This document shows positions 32,301-44,300 of a stretch of 64,000 nt of DNA, in pieces. The number at the start of each line of letters is the position of its first letter. Position 1 is the first letter of the stretch. The notes beneath the pieces are model-generated. The model did no database searches. It was not told the origin of the DNA and was given only the letters and a program-made list of their open reading frames with translations. This DNA comes from Clytia hemisphaerica (Eukaryota), in NCBI RefSeq assembly GCF_902728285.1, contig NW_027104280.1:419995-483994 (forward strand), written 5' to 3'. The position numbers and the translations under genes are program-made.

Positions 32301-35300
32301 CATTCTTAGATGCAATGGATAAAAACTCAAATGGAAATGTCGAACGCTCAAGGTAACTTTTTACTTAGTTTTGTAATTTTAAGATCCCATATACCTCACC
32401 GTCAAATATAGGTAATACGCACTCCAATGGAGAACCTAAAATCTTAATTGTGTTCGCACGGGTTTTCGCATAATCTCAGTTAGTATTAGACCTGACATCC
32501 GTATGTTCAATTTTAACGTTTATCTTTTGAAAATAGCTCTTCATGTAATGGTATATGAACATAAGATACTTTTATCTTTAGATATCTATCTCTTTGGTCC
32601 GGTTCATCATGGTCAAAAAAGACAAAGCACGGCGGAAAGGTGGAAATTGAAGACCCACGATTCAGTTTTTATGGGTTTAACCAAAACTACTTTCTTATTA
32701 ACATGATCGTTAACAGCAATCATTTTGATGGATTCCTGCCAAGATTTTTGGTCGCTACTTCTGAAGAGGAGTATGTTCCAATAACGGAAAAAATTGCAGC
32801 TTCGAAAACAAAAGTTCCACTCTGTATCCAGAATTTGTTTGACAAAATTTTCAAACACTTTTACTATAAAGGTCATGTTTTTGAGCTAGACACTGAAGCA
32901 TTTACTTTGTTTGCATCATATGATCAAAAAGTTTTGGACTTCAGAAAGGCAGATGTGTTCGAAGACATGAAATCAATGATTATGTCCAAAAGTATCGGTA
33001 ATGTGCTGAGAGTAGCTGCTCTCCAGTGCGCACTACGCGTTGTTACCTCAAACCTCGATGCCGATGACTTATCAAATCTGGATTTCACAATTGGGATGGT
33101 CGACATGGAACGAGCCATCACGTTGGTAACGTATTCGGTTAACTGTTTAATTGCATTGATAGACAGCACGAAAAATACTTCACGAAATGGAAGGAAACGA
33201 CATAGCGAAATGCCTTTACCTGAAGTAATGGATGAGGAGTTTCTATTGGTCCACAAGGCGAAAATCAAAAAGATCTTCACGCAAAATTCAAAGATCGTAC
33301 CGGTTTCATCCATCACAAGAAATCACATGTGTCCTCAAATAGGTGGGAAAAATGGTTCAGAAGAAGCTAAACGTTTTCTAAAGGGGTTAGAGTTGAATGG
33401 TCTTGGTAAGCTGTCAGTGGAGAATGATAAATCAGTATTTATTGTAACCGATAAAGAAAACATTGAAAATCAGATTTAATATTTATGGTTTGAATAATTA
33501 AATTTTTACGTGTTTGGATGATTTTTAAATTTGGCAGTTAATGATGTTTTAAACATTATCTTGTATTCTGCCTTAATTTCAAATTTTGGGTTTTAAGGTT
33601 AGGTTGACCAGATATTTATGGAAAATTTCAGTTTTTTCTCCACACATCCATATTTGTATTTAGTCAAAATCAAATCATATAATTGTATTTATTCTTCAGA
33701 TGTTGAATTCTAATTATTATTTGTATATTTTCCAATAACTTATTAATCACATCCTTACTTTTTTCAATGAATTACTCTATCCACCATTTAAAAAAACTCA
33801 TAAAAACCCGTTTTGGGGTCACATCTATACATCATTTGATTTTAAGTTTTGATTTGACTTTAAAATTACAAGAACAAGTAGGTTTTATTGACTTAACCTT
33901 TACCTAACACATGTATTATTGACACCACCAGGCCATTTCAGACTTTATAGTATAATAGCTCCTATCACACGCGAAAGGCTTAAGTAGTGCAAACACTGAC
34001 CTTTATATACCCTGGACCAAGCTTCTCAATCCCAGCCAAGCAAAGTCTTTGATCGGAGTTTTTTGAAAATTGATACCCTAATGGCGGCACTACTCGATAG
34101 CGGTGTAAATGCATCGAGAGCGCTAGGTCTACTTTTCCTCGAATTTATTTTATGATGTAGCGGCGTTAGATGTTAATTTTTAACATTGCAATGGCTTTTC
34201 CTCGGGTACCAATTCCAAAAAAAACTCCAATCAAAGATGGCAGATATTTTTTTTTTTCGGTCAAAAAATCAAAGATGGCAGATATTGCTTGGTCCAGGGT
34301 TATATAAAGGTCAGTGAGTGCAACATTCTTTACCGCTACGCCGAAGCCGGGAAGGCCATTTCAGACTTATAAAAGCTCCCATCACACGCGAAAGGCTTGC
34401 GCAGCGCAACGTTCTTCGCCGCTACGCCGAAGTCGCGAAGGCCATTTCAGACTTATAAAAGCTCCCATCACACGCGAAAGGCTTGCGCAGCGCAACGGTT
34501 TTCGCCGCTACGCCGAAGTCGCGAAGGCCATTTCAGACTTATAAAAGCTCCCATCACACGCGAAAGGCTTGCGCAGCGCAACGTTCTTCGCCGCTACGCC
34601 GAAGTTGCGAAGGCCATTTCAGACTTATAAAAGCTCCCATCACACGCGAAAGGCTTGCGCAGCGCAACGTTCTTCGCCGCTACGCCGAAGTCGCGAAGGC
34701 CATTTCAGACTTATAATAGCTCCTATTACACGCGAAAGGCTTGCGCAGCGCAACGTTCTTCGCCGCTACGCCGAAGTCGCGAAGGCCATTTCAGACTTAT
34801 AAAGCTCCTATCACACGCGAAAGGCTTGCGCAGCGCAACGTTCTTCGCCGCTACGCCGAAGTCGCGAAGGCCATTTCAGACTTATAAAAGCTCCCATCAC
34901 ACGCGAAAGGCTTGCGCAGCGCAACGGTTTTCGCCGCTACGCCGAAGTCGCGAAGGACATTCCAGACTTATAAAAGCTCCTATCACACGCGAAAGGCTTG
35001 CGCAGCGCAACGTTCTTCGCCGCTACGCCGAAGTCGCGAAGGCCATTTCAGACTTATAAAAGCTCCTATCACACGCGAAAGGCTTGCGCACGTCAAATAC
35101 GCAGCGCCGAAGTAAGTGTGCAAATCGTCGCCCCACTCGAAAACTTACTGAGACCTGGTATATACCTGGAAATTCTCTATATTCTCTGAGAAATTATTAT
35201 AATTATTTTCCTGAGTTGGGCCAGGACAGACAAGCACTTTTCCAAGATCTCAATGCTTAAAAATGTGGTCACATGCCGTAAATATAAACCCTCACTCAGT

Positions 35301-38300
35301 ATAGTCCTAACTGTTATGGGGGATGTTATTTTGCAAAAATGGCATAAATTCTTAGCCCATTTGTCAAAAGTTGCCTTTGGGTATAAAAAGAAGAAAAAAT
35401 CATGTTAAAATCCTGTGGCACCCTTTTCAAAAGGTTGCCACAGGCAGGGTGCCACCCTCGCTCCACCAGCAAAATCGAAATAAATAAAATAATAATAATA
35501 AATAATAATAATAGTAATAATTTGAAAGGTATTTTCATGCTGATTAAGAAAGTCAATATAATGAGGTTGAATAACACTGTCACAAAAAGTAATTTCTCAC
35601 AGTTGGCAAAATTTTGAGGATTTTGCTAAAAACGCAATTTTTGACGTTTTTCTTAAGTTTAATACTTCTAGTTAGAGTGTTTTTCACCCTTACAATATTG
35701 AGCGGCGGTGGCACCCTACCCGTGGCAACCTTGAAAAAAGTGCCACAGGGTTTTTACATGAATTTTTCTTCTTTTTATACCCAAAGGCAACTTTTGACAA
35801 ATGGGCTTAAAAAATTAGTCCTAACATCCCCCCTATAACTGTTCAAATAAAATTAACGGGAAACGCATATTTGATGCTTGTTGAAAAGATACTCATGAGT
35901 GAAATATTATCATAAAACTTTGGAAAATGAAGAATGAAAATGAAGAAAGAATCAACTCTGCGAAAACTGTGCTATATATAATTATCATTTTCACACAAGT
36001 AATTCTGTGACCTTAGAACATATTTAATATGAAAACATCTTTAAAAAAAAGTTTATTTAATCAAAAGATGTACAGTAGCCCAAAGTTTATCCCTGATTTA
36101 CTTTAAAAACCATAAAAAAACAAGAAAAAGTTCTTTTTCAAGTCAACCTGGGAAAAGTTTTAAGCTGACTGAATAAATATTTTTTAAATATTAGTTTGAT
36201 TTTATGAAGTCTAGGATTAAAGAGTTTCTGAAGTATATTTTTAGTGACCACAGAACCCCTTATCTAAATTGAATTCTATCTATCAAAAGTTTTTTGTCTC
36301 CACTGCAGATTATATTGAGAAGACTTTAACTCCAAACTCATTAAACATTAGCTCTTAAAGTTCTTAAAGCAAAAGTGTAAAAAAACATGTGAAAAAGGGT
36401 ATTAAATTAGGCATTATCATTGAAAGTGTTATTATCACTTGATGACATGGCTGTCCTCTTTTGAAAATGCTGTCAATTTGACCAAAGACCGCAGCCCTAA
36501 CCATGCTATTCATTTTGACCATGAGTATAAGAAAATCATAGCATGAATCTCCAGGCTAATAGGAACATGCTATCGCCATCAGTCAAATAAGAAACCAATT
36601 TCTTTCGGTCACTAGCTTCTTTCATTTGACAAATCAACCTTGAGGAACAAATTTTAGTCAAACTGAACCATCAAATCAGTCTATACATGATTTTACTAAG
36701 TTTTAATTGTGGTCAGTAGAATACCAACCAGACAGGTGGGAGATGGTTGAATAAAGATTTTACAAATTTTCTCCGTCTAATGATTCATATCATTCTATCA
36801 CTGGTCAAAACCCCAAGGTTCCATTCCAAAGTTAACACTTATCCTCTATCTCCTCCAAGTTGTTTCCCCTGTATAGAATAGGGAGATACTTGAATGGTTA
36901 AACTATGTTTTTCCCATCACCCATCGGTGGTCCAGGAAATTGATTCTTCTAGTTCTATCAAGAAAAGGTGACTTAATAAGTGCAATATTTTTTTTTACAA
37001 AGTTTTCAAATCGTTAGAAAAAAAACTGGAAAATATTTTTAAAAAATATGTAAAGTGTATATACATTTTCTGATTTGCAACACTCTCTCCAACATAATAT
37101 GCTTTTAAGGAATTTTCCTTCTTTTTGAATGGTCTCTACCTGCTAAGCTTATCTATTTTTGTCTCACATTATTCATTAAATCTAATTTGGACCAATTACT
37201 TGAACTTGGATTGGTTGTAATGTAATCGGTTTCTTGGAAGCTTCCAGAAAATGGGGTTCAAGAGGGGCTTGAAAATTTGGGTTTTCTGAGGTTGGCTGTG
37301 GCAAAAGGGAGGGTACTTTTTTCTTGGGGTTTTAAGAGCCCTGAAGACTCTGATTGATGCAATCAAAAAAATAACTCTGTGTCTTTTGTGTAATCTAATT
37401 TCAAAGTAAAGTCTTTATTTTCTTTTAACACAGGTTCTGCCATCATCATGGGAAAGTTGAAGGCTCAAAGCAGAAAGCAATTCCCGAAAAGTTGATATGG
37501 GTGGCACAGATTCTCATCCCACGACTAATTATTTGTTTGTACGAAAAAACTAAAAACAAGGATGAAGCAATGGAGGAAGGTATTGTGTTTTGTTTTTATC
37601 ATTTTCTAAATACAAAATAGAATCAATCCATAGAAAATATATAATAAAAACAACGTTATTAAACAAAGTTATGAATAAAATCACTTTGTTAATTGCCAAA
37701 TTTTGTTAAAGGGAACAAGATATTTAAAGGCACGACCATGGTTTCCCAAGATAAATTTACTTGAATGTTTTCAATTTATCAGCTTTTTCCCTGTTCTTAT
37801 TGTACCTCTACCATCTCTTCTTTGTAAATCATGCTGAAAGGTGAAAGGAACTTTGTATTATTCTTTTAGACTCATCTTTGGATGTGGAGCCTATCATTGA
37901 CTTCCTCAATAAAATCAGTGAAGTAGAAGCTCTGCGAGAAATCTTTTGTGAGAAGATCCTTTCATCGGTGGATGCAACTTTTGATAATTATCTTATCAGC
38001 AGTAATTCTTCGGAGGTGACAAGTCTGGTCTCATGTGAAGCATCAAATGGAAGAAAAATCATTCGCTCAATTTCAACAGAAACCAATACTATTGAAATGA
38101 CAGTTTCGAATACATGTGATGGTCTTGGTGAACCGTACAAACCCAATGAGGTGGAATCTCCCACATTGTCTAGAAGCAATATCAAAGAAAATAATAAACA
38201 AACTTTTCTGCAATATCTGATGGAAGTTCTTGTGAAAACTGAATTTCCAACTCAACTTGCCACACTTTTACTTCAAATGCTACCAAATCAAAAATACAAG

Positions 38301-41300
38301 GTTTGTTATTATTGTTTGTTCCAGGTCGGTTTGCGTAAAAGTGGACATGAAAAAGGGTCAAAATTTTTTTTTCCTGTTGTTTGAATTTTTTATTGTAATG
38401 ACGTTTTTTCTTTACCTTATGGATTTAAGTTTCATATTCCGAAGCAGTCCTACGTGATTCTGATCTGAAAGAAAATGGCGGCTACTTCAATGTTGAAAGC
38501 ACCTAAAAAATTGTCCCGTACGTAACAATCATTAAAATTTACTAAAATTTTTTTCTAAAAAGCCTGGAATACCCTTTATTGATATTTTCCACTCCTACTA
38601 CATGGTTGCCATCAATTTTCAATAAAATGTTACACATAGAAAGAATCATAAGCAAAAAATTTTCAACATATTTATGAATTTTTTAACGGAAAATCCTATT
38701 CTACCCCATATTAACTATGATAAACTCTAAAATAGAAGTACATGAAACACCTAAACTGATTAAATTATAGTTACAGCTATATACGAGGAGAAAAAAACAA
38801 TAAAACACTGTAAAGTCAAGTAATCCTCAGTATAAAATAGCGTCTTTAAAGCCACTGGGGGTGACAAAAAGTGTCCCGTACGTAACAAAATTTTTAAAAA
38901 TTGCTTGGAAGTCTGAAACTTTTCCAAGAAAACAAGCAGTTTCACAGAACAAGAATTTTTGTTGGTGTGGTAAAGTGTAAGCTTTGTCCCAGATGTTTTT
39001 TCTTTTGCCCACTCCAAGTACTTAAACTCTTTTTTACATGCTTTAATTTTAGCGTGCAATTCTTCCAATTTGTTTTGACTATCTGGACTGTCACCTCTGA
39101 AAGATCTTCGATTGTTAAATTAATATTGGGTAAAGTTTTTTTTATACATGATAGTTTAAACTCAGGGTTCATGCAGTTCATGCAATAAGCATGCACCCCA
39201 GTTCTCTGGCTTCGGCTTAATAATATTTTCTGAAACATAGCGCCAGAATTGAGCATATGAAATTTCCTTGTCATAATTTTCCGCTTCAAACTTATGCCAT
39301 AAAGTTTTTATTGATGACAATCTGTACCGCAGATATTTCTTTTCATCGGGAACAACAACAGAATTAATGTCCTGATTCATGAAATTATGACCTTCTTGTG
39401 AAGAAAAGATCGGGCGTCTTCTTTGGCTTTGAGCCTACTTTCCACCTTATCGAGACGTAAAGCGGACTGACTTCTAAATGGAGGATTGCTCAAGGCTAAT
39501 ATTTGCAGGGCGCGTCTTTTTCCATGAGGTGATACACTGTTCATGACTAATGTATCAAGGTTTACAGATTCTGGGGTTGCAGACTGACTGGTTTCATTCT
39601 CATTGCTTGCCTACTGTCTTTTAAGCCTTCTGTTCTTGTTGTATGTAAGCTTAACTTTAATTTTTAAAGTGTCCCATTCTTTTCTCATGTTTTCAGAATT
39701 TCGCTTTCTCTTTTTCTTGCCAATTAGTTTATTTCTTTGTAAAATTGATAACTCACATGCTTGTCCCTCACTTTATCTTTTTCTGGCCTGTTGTAATCTC
39801 TTACTCGCTCTTTCCTTCTTGCAATACTCCTCTTTTGCCTCATCATTTTTAAGTCGTTGTTTTTTCTGCTTTTCCCTGATCTTCTCTATCCTTCCTCTTT
39901 TCATCTCTTTAAATACTTCACCTCCCAATGAATCTTTCATACGCTGTCGATGCTCTCTTACTCGTTGATTGACTGGTTTCATTATTATCTTGTTTTATTC
40001 TATACTTTAAAAAACAAACATAAGATTTATCATAATTTGTTTATGTTAGCAATCTAGCCTCAAATGAATATGTTACTATGCTGATAATCATAAGTTCTTT
40101 GTTGTTACGTACGGGACAAACTTTCAAAATACTACATACACTCCCTCACATCTCTAGGCTCTATATATCATGAAAAAGGGTCAAGCTAAAATTTCAAACC
40201 AATAACTTATAAAGTCAGAGAAACAGCTAGAGAAAAAACTAAAAGGGTTTCAGTGAAATCTCAGGTTACGTTTAGTGGGTCACACTGTAGATATAGATTT
40301 GACTCTGTATTGCAAACTTTTGAATTGTATTACTCCCTCACAGCTATCAATGACCCTCTCAATCACTCAACTGACTGAAAAAGTTGTCTTGAAGGTAGGT
40401 GATTGATAACAGCCATCATATGTTCAATAAAATTGGAAGTAAACACTAAAATATAGTTTTAGAAACAGCTGTGTATTTAATAGAAATTTGTTGTTACGTA
40501 CAGGACAAAGTTACGTACGGGACAAATTTTATTTCTAAGCAGTTTTTTGGAAAAACGATGTAGACCCAGAGAATTTAGCAATCATTTTTAGAGAGGGATC
40601 TGGAAAACTTACAAAAAACTGAAAAAAAACAAACTTGAAACCAAACTTTCAGCGAGATATGCCCAATTTTATAGGTGTTACGTACGGGACATTCACGTAG
40701 AACCATCTCCAATTAGGCTCAAATCAGTTAAAATATCTTTTTTTCTATGGTTTTTACAGCAAATTTTAAATTTTAGTTATGATCCACAGATATCAATTAA
40801 GAAATCTATGTAAATTATTTGTCATAATGGTTTCACAAAAGATTATACCAGTTCATTCAACCAAACTGTTACGTACGGGACATAAAAGCTCAACCGTGAA
40901 GTAAAATCTCTGCCCATTTCTCCCACTAGCACTTATAAATAAAAACAAGGCAAAAAATTTTACTTCAACCTATCCTTCATTGGATGATCCAACAAAAGAT
41001 GCCATACAACACAAGGATTATGTTACAATTAAAGCTTTAAAATTAGAATTTTCTCAAAACCGTCCCGTACGTAACGTAAAATGTCCCGTACGTAACGCGA
41101 TATTTCCAGATTGGTACAAATTCTGGTGAAAAAATTTTACAGTGAGATTTTGTATATTAACAGCAACATATAAAAACAAAAAACCAACAAATTGAAGCAC
41201 TCTTATAATCCCTGTGGGTCAAACCGTCTCCATGTCCACTTTTACGCAAACCGACCTCCATTGATTGCATAGTTTTAAAAGATGGATTAAGTTGAGGATT

Positions 41301-44300
41301 TCTTTTCATACTTACCTCTAAAAAGTCATAAAGGTAGAATCAATGGATATTTATCAGCCAAAAAAGTAAGAAACCCCAAATTTGTTGACTGATCCTTGAT
41401 CTTTTCTCAAACCTTTATATTACTCCATTATTTTATACTCCTGTTAGCTATTAACTGGATAACATCAATATGGTCTTGTTAGAAAATTACCAAAAGTGTC
41501 TAATCTCTCAAACTTTTTTTAATCAGATAATCTTAATCTAGAAAAGCCTTTTCATCAGTAAGTTAATTTTCAATTCCATTGAAACTTCTTAGGAACAATT
41601 TACCAGACTGTTTTGTCGACAATATTCAGCCGTAGGGAAATCTCTGACCACATCAACAAACCCTGATCTACTTTCCAACCATATGGTGCATGTCAGTGTT
41701 CAGCTCTTCAGCAATGAACAACTCGCTTTCAAAATGGTCAAAGAAGAGAACTTGTTGTTCAAAATCATTTTCGTGCTCAGCAAAATGGTTGGAGAGTGTT
41801 TGGACAACTATTCATTGGAAGTTAATGGTATATTATTTTTGTACACTCATGTTCTGTTTGGCTTTTTACTTTTTATACTACCTTTTAAGTGGATTAATTT
41901 TCGCATAGATAAAATTTCTCCTCTTTTTCGCCAAATTTCTTTCATTTTCCCAAGGATTTTGGCCAAATTTGGATTTTGAATTTCTCGCGTGGTTTTGAAA
42001 TAAAATAAAATTGTTCTCTACTAATGTCTTCAAGTGAACAAAGATTAATCTTCTACCACAGGTAATGAGACAAGCATAATGGCAGTGAATTGTGACAACA
42101 AAATTCTTAGCGGGCATTGTTATTGGCCCATTGCAAGTGATTTGACAAATCTTCTGTCCCATCAAAGTGTTGCAAAAGTCTTCTTAGAAACTGGGGATTG
42201 TTTGAACTGGTGGATGCGCTTCGTCAGCCTTTTAACAGGTTTGTTTGAGAAATTTTTTGATGTGACTAGACTAACCAGAAATCCAAAAATCCTCTTTATT
42301 ATTTGTTTCAAAATGATGACAACTTACAAGTAAACCTGTACTGTCATTTAAAAACCGATGAAACCTTTTTATTAGCGATAGTTACGTTGCGTTATATTTT
42401 ATTTTTTGCGTCGTATACACACATACAACATATTTTTACACTTAACTTGGTGTTTTATACTGTGACACATTATGACACTAACTTTTTGTCACAGGGATGA
42501 ATATCAACCACATGCAGTTGCTTACTCATGTAGAACTGGAATCCAAAACTTATTATGCTGCGTTTTCAATTGAATTCGAGTCAGTGGCTGCTGTCATGTG
42601 GGAAGTGTATCGCTCTGTTCAGAAGATGGTAAAACTTTTCTTATATAGAAGAAGCCTTAAATGACCGAATGAGAGGTGTAGAAGGGAACAATAGTGAATT
42701 TTATATAAAGCTTCTCATTTCTATCAAGTATCTTTCTTCTTGGAACTTTTTGAGAGCTTCATTCACCTTTTAAAGGCTTTTGAAAGGTACGAAAAATAAT
42801 AATATTTTTAAAGAAGGTACACCTTATGAAAAAGACGAATTTTAAGCAGAGCAAATGCATTTTACAAATGGACAAACTATGAATGGATACTCTAACTCTA
42901 CGTTCTACGTTCTTGTTTTTTTCTTCTAGAATGAAAGAGTTCATGTTTCAAAAATGTTAGAGGTCTCTGCTGCCACGTTGATCAGTTGGTATTCCTTTGT
43001 TCCTCAAAGTGTAAGTTCTCTTTGTTGTTATAACTTGTACTGCAATCACTACCATCACTGTCACTGTATAATATAAGAGGGTTTTGATTTCGCCATGGTA
43101 GAGTGATACCACGACGCCATTATACTATGTTGTTGTTGTAAGCTAGAGCCCAATCTTTTTAAAGTGGTAAGAATTTTATTTTATCTCTAGTGATAAATCG
43201 GTACGGTACTCAACCTAGCCCTAGTAATGTTGTTTCTGTTTAAGATATCCGATGTTTACAAAGAGCTTTAGATAAGAACTTTTAAACCTAAGAAGGTTTG
43301 CTTTTTAATACTGATGATTACCTGATAAATTTATGACTTTCATATTTCAGTTGAAGAAGCCATCGTTCACCTTCCATTTATCTTTGCATCGATATTTTGC
43401 TTTGTTTGCCAGCTTGGTAAGTGCAAAATGGAATAAATAAATTCTTATCTTATCTTATCTCTTTTAGTTCTATCCCATTTTTAAAAAGGAAACATTACAA
43501 ATTTGATTAATGATTTTTCAAAATTATTGATTTCTTCTTATTTGCAGGCTATCAACCAATTCGATGAGGAAGTGACCAAAATTTTACCACAAAGCATTGC
43601 CAAGTCTGGATTGAACTATTTAGTTTCCACTCTGGTAAGTCCCAAGCATGATAAACCACATCTAAATCATGATACCAAGTAATAGGTTTATTCCTTTTGT
43701 GGACGTTAGAAAGAAACCTCTCTTATCAGCTCTTATTCAGATTCTAAGGAGGCAATTTTGATCTCTTTCAGGCAGCTCTTCAGGAGATTCGTTCGGGCTT
43801 TTGGCTTTACAATGGACACCAGATCAAATGTCAAGCGCAATCCTACATGCAGTCCTATTTTTGTAACTCGATGTTGGACCTAGATGTTTTCTTTGTTCAA
43901 GTAAATCCTGTTACAGTTTGATCTAAATGTTATTTCTACCTTACTTTTTCTAATCATGAAAGTGTCGTTGCACAAAGTCATGTCAATTAGTACCCAACTT
44001 TCTTGAGGTATTTTAAGTTTGTCATTGTATTCAAGTACTTTACATTGAGCAGATTTCCCGTTGCCTTTCATTGGATATTAGCGAGTTTATGTATTTGCAC
44101 TTTGGAGGACGATATAGTGACTGAAGCGATTTGGAATACCCTGCAGTTCAGCACTTTCACCGTCCTCCTCAGCTGGTCAGGATTTAGTCAAAGTAAAACC
44201 TTACCGTCTCCGTCCAAGAAAAATACACATACATAAACTCGGTATTGTCGTTTCTCCAATGGAATTCTATGTAGTTCACTCCGTTATTTTCACCATAGTC

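Noticed and set aside
31859-32356. Calling the 'GRSGTNKSS' motif a bona fide P-loop
   Set aside because: The spacing (GxxGxxKS) deviates from the canonical GxxxxGK[ST], so it is kept only as NTPase-like at low confidence.
33940-35100. Regularly spaced 86-bp direct repeats that could superficially resemble a CRISPR array
   Set aside because: The units are contiguous, with no unique spacers between repeats. The context is eukaryotic and there are no cas-like genes, so this is a satellite or minisatellite.
34314-35189. Series of 63-134-aa ORFs (MRSATFFAATPKSRRPFQTYKSSHHTRKACAAQRSSPLRRSREGHFRLIKAPITRERLAQRN...)
   Set aside because: They are translation artefacts of the 86-bp satellite; the same peptide repeats every 86 bp in a shifting frame.
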